NCBI GenBank assembly: GCA_035620395.1
Contig: DASPGW010000044.1
Location: forward strand, 1 to 42,437
DNA from: Desulfuromonadales bacterium
GTDB taxonomy: Bacteria > Desulfobacterota > Desulfuromonadia > Desulfuromonadales > DASPGW01
Direction of reading: 5' to 3'
Length of the DNA stretch: 42,437 nt
How positions within the stretch are numbered: position 1 is the first letter of the stretch; each line of letters starts with the position of its first letter. The notes below the pieces were generated by a model that was given only the letters and a program-made list of their open reading frames with translations, ran no database searches and was not told where the DNA came from. This document shows positions 1 to 9,317 of the stretch, piece after piece. Made by a program: the position numbers and the translations under genes.

Positions 1-161
1 CCGCCCTGGCGAGCGGCTATGAGGCGGGCGGCGACAAGTTTCGCGGCGTTCATCCCGACATCGACTGGGAGACGACTCTCACCCACGCCGAAAAGCTCGG
101 CATGGGGAGTCGCCGGTACGAACTGGTGAGACTGGAGCCGCAGAATCCTAAGGGGTGGTGA
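1..161 (+). CDS. 3' end of an upstream CDS (partial, product not recognised)
   Basis: Frame 3 is open from the window edge to TGA 159-161 (...SGYEAGGDKFRGVHPDIDWETTLTHAEKLGMGSRRYELVRLEPQNPKGW). Codon usage is G/C3-rich like neighbouring genes. No family recognised. Confidence 0.35.
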   Translation, partial: ALASGYEAGGDKFRGVHPDIDWETTLTHAEKLGMGSRRYELVRLEPQNPKGW

Positions 162-199
162 GGGGATTACCCAGAGCTAACCATGAGGAGGGAGATATT

Positions 200-1138
200 T
201 TGAAGCCAGGAAAGCTAAAACGGGACCTTGCGCTGTTCTCCGCGGTATCGGCATTTGTCGCCTTCACCTGGACGCCAGGTGTCCATGCGCAAGAGGCCAC
301 CTACGCCGATCTCGAACCTGTTTTGCGGGCCCGTTGCGTCATGTGCCATTCCGGGCCCGGAGCTCCGCTGGGTCTGCACCTCGACGGCCTGGAAGGACTG
401 CTCAAGGGGAGCCGGAACGGGCCGGTGGTGAAGGCAGGGGATCCAGCGGGCAGTGAGCTGATTCGGCGCCTGAAGGGCAGCAGTCAACCGCGCATGCCGA
501 TGACGGGACCGCCCTTTCTCTCGGATGAGGAGATTGCCCTGTTCGAACGCTGGATCTACGCAGGTCTGCCGCCGGCGCTGGCGGCGGCCGAAGCAAAGAC
601 TCCCGAGTCGCCGGCGCCGCCCGAACCGGGGACAGTGGCGACCTATGCCGATGTTGCCACCCTGTTCGCCTTGCGCTGCGTGAAGTGCCATGCGGAAAAT
701 GGACTCATGGGACCGGCGCCGGAGGGATATCGGTTGACCTCGTATGAGGCTGCGATTTCGGCCATCGATCGCGCTCGCATCGTGCCCGGCAACCCTGCGG
801 CCAGCGAGATCGTCCGCCGCGTCCGTGGGCAGTCGCTGCCGCGCATGCCCTTCGACGGCCCGCCGTTCCTGAGCGACGAGGAGATCGGAAGGATCACGGA
901 ATGGATAAAGCAGGGCGCGCGCAGCGCCGAGGGGACCCAAGCCTCCGTCCCAACCGGTGCCCGTATCCGACTGCAGGGCAGGCTTGCCAGTCAGTGGCAG
1001 CTTGACGACCTGCCCCTGGTCATTACGGACTCCACACGGTTTGACAAGTCTCCGCGCACCGGCGATTTCGTAGAAGTGCGTGGTATCCTTGATGGGGCTG
1101 GCGCCGTTGTGGCGGAGCGCATCAGACCGCGCCACTGA
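200..1138 (+). CDS. Secreted di-haem c-type cytochrome: two tandem PSCyt1-like CxxCH modules plus a C-terminal beta domain
   Basis: Two CxxCH motifs (CVMCH, CVKCH), each followed by the same ...G.HL..-..G.p..SE.(I/V)RR(L/V).G...PRMP..GPPFLSDEEI module, i.e. an internal duplication. Signal peptide KPGKLKRDLALFSAVSAFVAFTWTPGVHAQ. TTG 200 is preceded by GAGGAGGGAG (186-195). The ORF track's GTG at 155 is an alternative start. Confidence 0.75.
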   Translation: MKPGKLKRDLALFSAVSAFVAFTWTPGVHAQEATYADLEPVLRARCVMCHSGPGAPLGLHLDGLEGLLKGSRNGPVVKAGDPAGSELIRRLKGSSQPRMPMTGPPFLSDEEIALFERWIYAGLPPALAAAEAKTPESPAPPEPGTVATYADVATLFALRCVKCHAENGLMGPAPEGYRLTSYEAAISAIDRARIVPGNPAASEIVRRVRGQSLPRMPFDGPPFLSDEEIGRITEWIKQGARSAEGTQASVPTGARIRLQGRLASQWQLDDLPLVITDSTRFDKSPRTGDFVEVRGILDGAGAVVAERIRPRH

Positions 1139-1166
1139 TCCCGTTCCCTCTTGCCGTTCAGGATAC

Positions 1167-2858
1167 ATGGTGAAGACGATCGCCGGCGAACTGGCCTACT
1201 TCCTGCGCGGCAGGGCGCGTCAGAACCTCAAGGTTCTGGTCCTCTACTGCGCTTTTCTGCTGGCCATGATCCTGCTCTATGCCGTCCTCTTCCAGCACCT
1301 GATGCTGCGGCTGGAGGGCCGGGAGTACTCCTTTATCGCCGGAATCTACTGGGTGATCACCGTGATGACCACCCTGGGCTTCGGCGATATCACCTTCCAT
1401 TCCGACCCCGGCTACATCTTCGCCGGCATCGTCACTCTCTCGGGGGTGTTGTTCCTGCTGATCCTCCTCCCCTTCGGCATGGTCAGCCTGTTCCTGGCTC
1501 CCTGGATCGAAAACCGGCTGCGCTACCGGCCGGCCAAGGGCGTTCCCGAAGGGACCAGCGGCCACGTGGTGATCTGCGGTCACGATCCGGTCACCCGCGC
1601 CCTGATCCGCAAACTGCAGGCCCACGGCATCCCTTTCGTCATCGCCACCGCCCACTACGAGGAAGCGCTGCGACTGGAGGAGGAGGAAGGGATGCAGGTG
1701 GTCTTCGGCGACCCCTCCGAGGCCGAGGTGCTGCAGAAGCTGCGAGTAGAGACGGCACGCTGCGTCATCGCCAACCTGGGCGACACGGAAAACACCAACA
1801 TCATCCTGACGGTCCGCTCTCTCTGCCGTACGCAAATCGTCACCCTGGTCGACGAGCCCGAGCATGCCCAATTCCTTCGAATGGCAGGGGCGAATCAGGT
1901 CATTCCCCTGAAGAAGATCCTCGGCCGCTACCTCGCCACCCGCGCCACCACCCAGGGGGCGCTCGCCCATGTCCTCGATTCCTTCGGCAAGCTGGTGATC
2001 GCCGAATTGCCGGTCCACGGCACTCCGTTCGTCGGCATGCGCCTGGCCGAGGCCCGCATCCGGGAGCAGACCGGACTGGCGGTGGTCGGCGTTTGGGGGC
2101 GGGGGAGCTTCGCCATCCCGAACCGGGACACCGTTCTTGCCGACGGGACGGTGATGGTCGTGGTCGGGACCCGGGATCATCTGGAGGCACTGGAGAGGTT
2201 GACCGGCGAGAAGGCCGAGGAGGACCTGGTGCTGATCCTCGGCCACGGCCGAATCGGCTGCTCGGCAGCAGCCTTCCTTGACAGCCGGCCGGTCCCCTTC
2301 ATCCTCATCGATCGAACGGCCAATCCGGACTGCACTGAGCACATCGCCGTCCTCGGCGACGCCACCAGCCGCACCATCCTCAAGGAGGCGGCCATCGACC
2401 AGGCCAAGGGGCTGATCGTCACCACCAACGACGACGGGGCGAACATCTTCTTGACCCTCGCCTGCCGCCACCTCAACCCGCACATTCGCATCGTCGCCCG
2501 CGCCAACCGGGAGGCGAACGTCGACGAGCTCTATGCCGCCGGCGCCGACTTCGTCGTTTCGAACGCCTCGGTCGGGGCGAACATCCTGATGAACATTCTG
2601 GAGAACAAGGAGTCGATCTTCCTCTCCGAGGGGATGCAGGTCTTCCGTTACACCGTCCCGGCTTCGCTGGATGGTAAAACCATTGCAACGGCCCGCATCC
2701 GCTCCCTCACCGGCAGTACCGTCATCGCCCTGGAGCGGGGCGGACAGGAAGAGCCGACAATTCTCCCTGCTCCGGACGCCGTCCTGAGCCAGGGCATGAC
2801 TCTGATTCTCATCGGCAGTCCGGAACAGGAAGCCCGCTGCCGGGAGACACTGCACTAG
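1167..2858 (+). CDS. Two-TM potassium channel with tandem RCK/TrkA-N + TrkA-C domains
   Basis: K+ selectivity filter TTLGFGD lies between two hydrophobic helices. Two Rossmann-like RCK starts (VVICGHDPVTRAL, LVLILGHGRIGCSAA). ATG 1167 (MVKTIAG) chosen because the longer track ORF overlaps the upstream gene. Confidence 0.85.
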   Translation: MVKTIAGELAYFLRGRARQNLKVLVLYCAFLLAMILLYAVLFQHLMLRLEGREYSFIAGIYWVITVMTTLGFGDITFHSDPGYIFAGIVTLSGVLFLLILLPFGMVSLFLAPWIENRLRYRPAKGVPEGTSGHVVICGHDPVTRALIRKLQAHGIPFVIATAHYEEALRLEEEEGMQVVFGDPSEAEVLQKLRVETARCVIANLGDTENTNIILTVRSLCRTQIVTLVDEPEHAQFLRMAGANQVIPLKKILGRYLATRATTQGALAHVLDSFGKLVIAELPVHGTPFVGMRLAEARIREQTGLAVVGVWGRGSFAIPNRDTVLADGTVMVVVGTRDHLEALERLTGEKAEEDLVLILGHGRIGCSAAAFLDSRPVPFILIDRTANPDCTEHIAVLGDATSRTILKEAAIDQAKGLIVTTNDDGANIFLTLACRHLNPHIRIVARANREANVDELYAAGADFVVSNASVGANILMNILENKESIFLSEGMQVFRYTVPASLDGKTIATARIRSLTGSTVIALERGGQEEPTILPAPDAVLSQGMTLILIGSPEQEARCRETLH

Positions 2859-2865
2859 GTGCCTG

Positions 2866-3114
2866 TTACAGGGATGGGAATTGACCGACTGGAGGCCAGG
2901 GCGACTCGCTCATGGCGCACTCGTCGACGAGAGCGGCCAGGAGTGATTCGGCATCTTCGCGGCAACTGGCAGGGTAGGCGACTTCCACCAGCGCCGCGCG
3001 GGGATCGAGGGTGCGCAGGAAGACCAGACCATCGTACCCTTCGAGGATGAAGCGAAGGTAGGCGATGTTGGCCCGATCGAGGCGGAAGCAACGCTTGACG
3101 AGAGAATCGTTCAT
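2866..3114 (-). CDS. DUF4911-like small protein
   Basis: 82 aa; IAYLRFILEGYDGLVFLRTLD resembles the DUF4911 family as I remember it. Coding-like codon usage. Confidence 0.55.
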   Translation of the reverse strand: MNDSLVKRCFRLDRANIAYLRFILEGYDGLVFLRTLDPRAALVEVAYPASCREDAESLLAALVDECAMSESPWPPVGQFPSL

Positions 3115-3206
3115 GACACTCCGGCGATGGCGTCGGCACTGTCGATCGCGGCAAGAGGGAACGCAACGGCCGGTTCCAGCAGGCGGAAGCTGTTCGCGCT
3201 TTTCGC

Positions 3207-3235
3207 TTGACGCCTCAGCCCGCAGTCGTTATTTT
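3207..3235 (+). promoter_or_regulatory. Candidate sigma70 promoter for ald
   Basis: TTGACG (3207-3212), 17-nt spacer, TATTTT (3230-3235), about 25 nt upstream of the ald ATG. Confidence 0.35.
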
Positions 3236-3257
3236 TACTAAACATTTTTTAGCGTAA

Positions 3258-4388
3258 ATGAAAATGATAATTGCCGTCCCCAGAGAAATCAAAACACGGG
3301 AATATCGCATCGGGATGACCCCGGCCGGGGCGCGCACCCTCGTCGAGGACGGCCACCGCGTCCTGGTCGAAACCGGCGCCGGCCTCGGCAGCGGCATCGA
3401 CGACGCGGCGTACTTGACGGCCGGCGCCGAAATGGTCGGCTCGGCAGCCGAAGTCTATGGCAGAGGCGAACTGGTCGTCAAGGTCAAGGAGCCGCTGCCC
3501 GACGAATTCGCCCTGCTGCGGCCCGGACAGATCCTCTTCACCTATCTGCACCTCGCCCCGGCCCGGGAACTGACCCGCGCCCTTCTGCAGCGGCAGGTCA
3601 CCGGCATCGCCTACGAAACGGTGGAACGGGCCGACGGCACCCTCCCCCTGCTCAACCCGATGAGCGAAATCGCCGGACGGATGGCGGTGCAGGTCGGCGC
3701 CCACTACCTGCAGAAGGAGAACGGCGGCAAGGGGGTTCTGCTGGCGGGAGCCCCGGGGGTGCGGCCCGGCCGGGTGGTGATCCTCGGGGCGGGAACCGTC
3801 GGCAGCAATGCCGTGCGCATTGCCGTCGGCATGGGGGCGGATGTCACGGTACTCGACATCGACCCGGGCCGGCTGACCTTTCTCGACGACCATTACGGCA
3901 ACCGCGTCCACACGGTCATGTCGAACTCGCAGAACATCGAGGATGAGGCGCGGGACGCCGACCTGCTGATCGGTGCCGTGCTGGTGGCCGGAGCGCGGGC
4001 GCCGCTGCTGGTGAGCCGGGAGACGGTGGCCGCCATGACTGCGGGCAGCGTCATCGTCGACGTCGCCGTCGACCAGGGGGGGTGCGTGGCGACGACCCGG
4101 CCGACGACCCACGACGACCCGGTCTACGTGGTGGACGGCGTCACCCATTACGGCGTCGCCAACATGCCGGGAGCGGTGAGCCGGACCAGCACCTTCGCCC
4201 TGACCAACAGCACCCTCCCCTACGTGCGCAAAATCGCCGGCCTGGGTCTGGAAAAAGCGACGGCGGCCGACGAAGCGCTGCGCCGCGGGGTCAGCACCCA
4301 CGCCGGCCGGCTGACCAGCGAGCCGGTGGCCAAGGCCCTCGGCATCCCATGGGAGCCGTATCCCCATGAGCCGGAACCTCCAGGGTAA
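3258..4388 (+). CDS. ald: Alanine dehydrogenase
   Basis: M(KM)[21 protein letters not shown]... N-terminus and NAD fold [13 protein letters not shown] are typical of Ald. The second ATG at 3264 is an equally plausible start. Confidence 0.9.
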   Translation: MKMIIAVPREIKTREYRIGMTPAGARTLVEDGHRVLVETGAGLGSGIDDAAYLTAGAEMVGSAAEVYGRGELVVKVKEPLPDEFALLRPGQILFTYLHLAPARELTRALLQRQVTGIAYETVERADGTLPLLNPMSEIAGRMAVQVGAHYLQKENGGKGVLLAGAPGVRPGRVVILGAGTVGSNAVRIAVGMGADVTVLDIDPGRLTFLDDHYGNRVHTVMSNSQNIEDEARDADLLIGAVLVAGARAPLLVSRETVAAMTAGSVIVDVAVDQGGCVATTRPTTHDDPVYVVDGVTHYGVANMPGAVSRTSTFALTNSTLPYVRKIAGLGLEKATAADEALRRGVSTHAGRLTSEPVAKALGIPWEPYPHEPEPPG

Positions 4389-4424
4389 ACCAAAGTTTTT
4401 TCGCGAATATCTCTTTTGCAGCCA

Positions 4425-6773
4425 TCAAGCCTCCTCCAGAGCCGGCTGATTCCCCGACAAGGAGATATTACCTGCGCGACCCCCGGGCTTCCCCCCCGGG
4501 GTTTTTTTTGCGTTTTCAGAACAGGACAGGCTGTCGGTCATCTCAATCCAGAAGGTCGAGCCGCCCCCGGGGGTCTCCTCCACCCAGGCCCGCCCATCAT
4601 AAAGGCGGCCAATTTTCTGCACCGTTGCCAGACCGACCCCCGTCCCCGAAACATCCCTGCCGGTGGAACCCCGGTAAAAGACATCGAAAATACTCCGGCG
4701 CTCCTCTTCGGGAATTCCCGGCCCCCGGTCGCGCACGAAGAACCGTACCTTTTCCCCTTCCCGCTCGCCCCCCACCCCGATGGGGCCACCGTCCCTGCCG
4801 GCATAATGGATGGCATTGCCGATCAGGTTGGAAAATACCTGCGTCAACAAGGTTCTCGGCACCCTGGCCGGAGGCAGCGCTTCCCGGGTGACGACAAGTC
4901 CGGCGCAGGCAAGCTTGCTCCCCAACTCCCGGAGAACCTCCTGCACCACCGCATCGACATCGACGGGTTCTTTGGGCATGGGCAACGCCCCGACTTGTGC
5001 CAGAGCCAGCAAGTCCTCCATCATCGCCGTCATTCTTTCGCCCTGTTTTTCGATCTCAGACAGGGCCAGGCGCGCATTGCCGTCCAGCTGCTCGGCATGA
5101 TTCCCCTTTAGAAACTCGGCAAAACCGATGATGGCGGCCAAGGGGGAGCGCAGGTCATGGGAAACGGTATAGACGAAGGCATCCAGCTCCCGCAGGGCCT
5201 CCTTCATTCTGGCTGCCGCCTGCTTGCGCTCGGTGATGTCGAGAAAGGTCACCACCGCACCGATCGTCTCCGGGCCCCGACGGATCGGGTAAGACCAGTA
5301 TTCCACCGGGAAGCAGGTTCCGTCCGCCCGCCAGAGCAGCTCATCATCCACATGCAGACCCTCCTTCTGGCGAAAGGCTTGCAGGATGCGGCACTCCTCG
5401 GCGGGATAGGGTCCCCCGTCCGGGCGGTTGGGATGAATCAGGGCGTGGAGATTTTTCCCGAGCAGCTCCTTTTCGTCCCGATAGCCGAGAAGCCGCAGGG
5501 TCGCCGGATTGCAGAAGGTACATCTCCCCTCCGGATCGACACCGTAAATCGCTTCGGCGGTTGAGTTGAGAAGGAGATCGACCCGCTCCTTTTCCGCGCG
5601 CAGGGTCCGCTGGGCTCGGATGCGCAGGAGAACATCGACCAGCAGGAAAGCAACTAGCCCGGTCAGGAGCCCCAGCACGGTCCACAGCTGTCCTCGGCTC
5701 AACGCGTAGAAGGGGGGAGGCTCGTTGATGACCAGGCTCCCTTCCGGAAGCCGCTGCATGGAGATGCCGAACCGCTTCAGCTCCTGATAGTCAAACATGA
5801 ACCTGTTGGCATCGGCGCCGGCCACCGGAATATCGTTGGGGTCTTCTCCCTGAAGGATGCGCAGTGCCTGCCGGGCGGCGAGCCGCCCCTGTTCCCGGCC
5901 GCCGATCAGCTTGCCACCGACGATGCCTTTTCCGAGAAAGAAATCCCAGAGGCTGTAGAGCGGGTCCGGGCAGGCATCTCTTATGATCTTGATGGCATCC
6001 GAATTGGGCAGGATTTCCCCGACCCGGTCGGAGACGGTGCCGTTGATAAAGACCAGTCGGCCTTCGGTGGAGTCTTCCAGGCGGCTGGTCAGTTCTTCCG
6101 CCGGCAGGTCATCCCAGAAGCTGAACCGGAGGCGCTCCTGGAAGGAGTGGACCATGCCGGCCAGCAGATTCCGGTTTTCCAGGTCGATCGCAGTGCGGGT
6201 GCCGCCAATGACCACGATTTCTTTGGTACCGGGGTGCAACCGCAGGGCCGCCTCGATCGTCTCCCGGAACGACGGGTGTTCGACAACGCCGGTAATATCC
6301 TGGTATCCCGAGACCATCGAAAGACTTTCAGCGTGCACGCCACAAAAGACGATAGGGGTGCCGGCAAAAAGGTCGTCGCGGTGTTTGAGCGCCACCTTCA
6401 GGGCGTCGCTGTCAGAAAGCAGGACGAGGTCGAAAGGCCGATTCTCCAGCTTGTAATGCAGGAGGATATCGAGAATATCGGAAAAATAGGCGGGGTTCGG
6501 ATTACGCTGGGTATCCAGATACTCTACATGCAGATGGATCTGTCCGGATTGCCTGTCCAGGACCTCGCGCATGCCGGCCATGACGTTGTCGGTCCAGGCA
6601 TCGCCGGGGTGGTAGGAGTGCAGAATGAGGACATGCCGGATGGTTTTCTGCTCGGGCGTCCGGTCATTGCCAAAAAGCAGCAGGGGGTGGGTGGAGGCGA
6701 GGAGAAGTGCCAGACAGAGAAGGAAAAAGGCTTTAGGAAAATCTCCGGGGATGAAAGAAAGAATTGGGCGCAT
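4425..6773 (-). CDS. Sensor histidine kinase: periplasmic ABC-substrate-binding-like domain, TM, PAS, HisKA, HATPase_c
   Basis: H-box VSHDLRSPLAAI and G-boxes DRGPGI / GTGVGL. PAS segment (NSTAEAIYGVDPEGRCTFCNPA). N-terminal HSYHPGDAWTD periplasmic domain. ATG 6773 (MRPILSF + hydrophobic helix) preferred to the longer track start. Confidence 0.85.
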   Translation of the reverse strand: MRPILSFIPGDFPKAFFLLCLALLLASTHPLLLFGNDRTPEQKTIRHVLILHSYHPGDAWTDNVMAGMREVLDRQSGQIHLHVEYLDTQRNPNPAYFSDILDILLHYKLENRPFDLVLLSDSDALKVALKHRDDLFAGTPIVFCGVHAESLSMVSGYQDITGVVEHPSFRETIEAALRLHPGTKEIVVIGGTRTAIDLENRNLLAGMVHSFQERLRFSFWDDLPAEELTSRLEDSTEGRLVFINGTVSDRVGEILPNSDAIKIIRDACPDPLYSLWDFFLGKGIVGGKLIGGREQGRLAARQALRILQGEDPNDIPVAGADANRFMFDYQELKRFGISMQRLPEGSLVINEPPPFYALSRGQLWTVLGLLTGLVAFLLVDVLLRIRAQRTLRAEKERVDLLLNSTAEAIYGVDPEGRCTFCNPATLRLLGYRDEKELLGKNLHALIHPNRPDGGPYPAEECRILQAFRQKEGLHVDDELLWRADGTCFPVEYWSYPIRRGPETIGAVVTFLDITERKQAAARMKEALRELDAFVYTVSHDLRSPLAAIIGFAEFLKGNHAEQLDGNARLALSEIEKQGERMTAMMEDLLALAQVGALPMPKEPVDVDAVVQEVLRELGSKLACAGLVVTREALPPARVPRTLLTQVFSNLIGNAIHYAGRDGGPIGVGGEREGEKVRFFVRDRGPGIPEEERRSIFDVFYRGSTGRDVSGTGVGLATVQKIGRLYDGRAWVEETPGGGSTFWIEMTDSLSCSENAKKTPGGKPGGRAGNISLSGNQPALEEA
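4481..4509 (+). terminator. Rho-independent terminator downstream of ald
   Basis: CCCCGGG-cttcccc-CCCGGGG hairpin followed by T8 (4502-4509). It lies inside the 3' tail of the convergent kinase ORF. Confidence 0.7.
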
Positions 6774-6808
6774 GGACTTCCCGGCAATCCATTGAAAGAA
6801 GACCGCTC

Positions 6809-7339
6809 TTATAAAAAGTCGAAATACAACCTGCTGGTTCTTGCCTTCCTGGAGACTTTGATTGCCTCCGTCACCTGTCCGGCAGTGACATCGGTCAAAA
6901 CGCACAAATCGTTAAAGACAAGCAAAACTACGGTCTGATTATAAGCTATCACCCGGATAGCATCCCTTAAATCATTCGCAGTTTTATAATCTTCAAGGTG
7001 ATTAAGAATCTCCCGGTTTATCTTCAAAAGCTCTTCACTGTGACCAATGTAAGCCTCTGATCGATCTCTAACCTTACAAAAAACATCTGATTTCAGATTG
7101 TTTCTGAAAACATTAAGCGCCTTGTTCGTATTGATTTCAATCAATTTATGCTTGGCCACAAGTTCATCATTCAACTTAAGGCACTTCATCAGAGTTTTCA
7201 CCAACTGAAGCTGATATGCTATTTCGTTTTCTTCCTCCTGATAGTTTCCATTCTCTGCAGACACAGGAACACCGAGAAGAAAAAGGAACAAAACAACAAA
7301 AAAAATCTCTTTCCTGCCGGCGTGCTCCATAGAGGTCAT
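6809..7339 (-). CDS. Orphan secreted/periplasmic helical protein (no family recognised), A/T-rich gene
   Basis: Signal-like N-terminus MTSMEHAGRKEIFFVVLFLFLLGVPVSA, then a Lys/Glu/Asn/Leu-rich helical sequence. Stop lies 35 nt upstream of the kinase start on the same strand. Composition is strikingly A/T-rich for this window. Start 7339 or 7330. Confidence 0.5.
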   Translation of the reverse strand: MTSMEHAGRKEIFFVVLFLFLLGVPVSAENGNYQEEENEIAYQLQLVKTLMKCLKLNDELVAKHKLIEINTNKALNVFRNNLKSDVFCKVRDRSEAYIGHSEELLKINREILNHLEDYKTANDLRDAIRVIAYNQTVVLLVFNDLCVLTDVTAGQVTEAIKVSRKARTSRLYFDFL

Positions 7340-7790
7340 TTCCTGGAATATGCGTTCCGTGCAATCAGTAAAAACCCTCAAGGTCAGCCAGGGCCAGGAG
7401 GGATATGATTTTTTATCTCTGCTGGAAAGATTTTCGCCGGAGTGCGCCACAAAGCATGATTTTTTTGGGTGGCTGAAGCCTCTCCGGTGGGGCGATACCT
7501 GTGAGCCCCATGCCTTCCTCTCTTTCGGTGCCTGGGGGATTCAATCGGGCTGCAAGGCTCGGCCCCAAGGCGAATGCTGCGTCCCCTAAATACTAGTACC
7601 AAACTTTCGAATATCCAGTACCCCGGATGGCTCATCAAGTGAATTTATAAAACATTTTCACAAGAAAACGCAAGAAATCCTTTTACTGTGAAAGGGTATT
7701 TTCTGATTCGGAGACATCAAAAGACTCGATTCCCTCTTTAACAATGAATTCCCGGGACCGGGCACCCCGCACAGGCCGCCGCAAAGCGCT

Positions 7791-8654
7791 TCAACAGGGC
7801 AGAAAATTGTCCAGCAAAAACCGCGCGATACTGCGCTTCGGCGGCAGCAGGGGGAGCGCCGTCACCGGAAACCAGCGGGCATCCTCCAGCTCCTTCTCCT
7901 CGACCTGCACCTCGCCGCCGGCGTAGTCGGCGAGAAAACCCGCCATCAACTGGCTGGGGAAGGGCCAGCTCTGGCTGCCGATGTAGCGGACATTGTTCAC
8001 CTGCACCCCCGTCTCTTCAAGCACCTCCCGCACGACCGCCTCCTCCAGGCATTCGCCGAAATCGAGAAAGCCGGCTACCAGGCTGTAGCGCCCAGGCGGC
8101 CAGACCGCCTTGCGGGTGAGGAGCACTTCGCCGCCGCGCCGCACCAGGACGATGACGCAGGGATGGATGTGCGGATAATGATCGTAGCCGCAGCTGCGGC
8201 ACTTCTTGCCCCATTCACTGCCGAGACGCTCCATTCCGCCGCCGCAGCGGGAGCAAAGGCAGCTGCCACGCTCCCAGTGCAGAACCTGCCCCGCCACCCC
8301 GCCCAGGGTGAGCAGCTCGATGGAAAGGACCGGCTCCGTCGCCAGCAGGCTCTCCGCCGTGAACCCTGCCGGGAGGGGGTAGTCCTTCGGCAGGGTCAGC
8401 ACCCGGCAGGGCCTCCCTTCCCAGGTGCCGATGAAAAGCGGGTCGGACAGAGGGCCAGAAAACCCTGCCGGCAGCTCGCCCTCAGGTAGATGCAGGGCCT
8501 CCGTTACCACCAACTCAGACCCACGCAGTGGCAGCCAGAATCCTGCCTCACCGGGGTCCCGGTCGGGCGCGGCCAGGGAAAATTTCCCCTGCAGGCAGGC
8601 GCCGTTGAAAGGGAGGTACAGGGGGGAGGGAAAAGAATCGGGCAGGGGTGTCAT
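7791..8654 (-). CDS. nudC: NADH pyrophosphatase (Nudix, zinc-ribbon type)
   Basis: Zinc ribbon CSRCGG...CRSCG followed by Nudix box GFLDFGECLEEAVVREVLEETGV and SQSWPFP. ATG 8654 (MTPLPD); the longer track ORF overlaps the upstream Nudix gene. Confidence 0.8.
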   Translation of the reverse strand: MTPLPDSFPSPLYLPFNGACLQGKFSLAAPDRDPGEAGFWLPLRGSELVVTEALHLPEGELPAGFSGPLSDPLFIGTWEGRPCRVLTLPKDYPLPAGFTAESLLATEPVLSIELLTLGGVAGQVLHWERGSCLCSRCGGGMERLGSEWGKKCRSCGYDHYPHIHPCVIVLVRRGGEVLLTRKAVWPPGRYSLVAGFLDFGECLEEAVVREVLEETGVQVNNVRYIGSQSWPFPSQLMAGFLADYAGGEVQVEEKELEDARWFPVTALPLLPPKRSIARFLLDNFLPC

Positions 8655-8752
8655 GGGGGGGTTCTTCCTTCGGACAGGGCGTTGACCAATGCCGCCCGCA
8701 ACGGCGGCAGCGATGAGCTCAGAGGTCCTGGCGTAGTGGCAGACGAAGTCCC

Positions 8753-9271
8753 TTAGCGCCGGCGGCCGGCGAAGAGCAGCAGCGCCAGCTGGGTCTTGCC
8801 GTCGGGAATCCGCCCCTGCCGCACCATCTGCAGCGCCTCGGCCAGCGGCAGGGTGAGCACCTCGATATACTCGTCCGGCTCGGGCGCCATCGCCACCGGC
8901 AGCAGCTCCGTCGCCACGTAAAGATGCACAACCTCGTCGCAGAAGCCGACGGCGGTGAGCATCTCGCCCAGTTTTTCCAGCCGTCCGGCGCAGTAGCCAA
9001 CCTCTTCCTGCAACTCGCGGTGGACGCACGCGTCGGGCGCCTCGCCCGGTTCCAGCCGGCCGGCGGGGATCTCCAGGACCATGTCGCCGGCGGCGGGACG
9101 AAACTGGTTGATCAGCACCACGCGGCCATCGGCGAGCACCGGCAGAACCGCCGCCCCGCCGGGATGCCGGACGATCTCGAAGTCGGCGAGGCGGCCATCG
9201 GGCAGCCGGTGCGCCTCGACCGCCAGGGAAACGATGCGACCGCTGAATATCTCTCTTTTCTTCTCCTCCAT
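8753..9271 (-). CDS. Nudix hydrolase, ADP-ribose pyrophosphatase-like
   Basis: Nudix box GRLEPGEAPDACVHRELQEEVGY. ATG 9271 (MEEKK) is preceded by GGGAG. Confidence 0.75.
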   Translation of the reverse strand: MEEKKREIFSGRIVSLAVEAHRLPDGRLADFEIVRHPGGAAVLPVLADGRVVLINQFRPAAGDMVLEIPAGRLEPGEAPDACVHRELQEEVGYCAGRLEKLGEMLTAVGFCDEVVHLYVATELLPVAMAPEPDEYIEVLTLPLAEALQMVRQGRIPDGKTQLALLLFAGRRR

Positions 9272-9317
9272 GCTTGCTCCCAATAATCGCAGTACGGCGT
9301 GGTGAATACTTCGGAAC

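Noticed and set aside
1158-2855. Long antisense or out-of-frame ORFs mirroring real genes. Examples: 215-1168(-), 1158-2855(-), 3249-4367(-), 15518-16546(-), 16823-18253(-), 21055-22752(-), 28774-30081(-), 30166-31968(-), 32618-34624(-), 39142-41388(+).
   Set aside because: These are typical high-G+C artefacts. Their translations are Arg/Gly/Ala/Pro/Asp-rich and low-complexity with no motifs. Each is fully shadowed by an ORF on the other strand or frame that has clear family signatures.
7450-7645. Possible c-di-GMP/cGAMP (GEMM-I) riboswitch in the A/T-rich leader, and likewise in the cytochrome leader at 41113-41230.
   Set aside because: Such riboswitches are common upstream of Geobacter cytochromes and hypothetical genes. 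However, I could not find the conserved GGCAAACC ... GGGACGCAAAGCC core. Only a loose GGGGACGCAGC is present. Other riboswitch cores I tried by eye (glycine, cobalamin, TPP, fluoride, ZTP) did not fit either.
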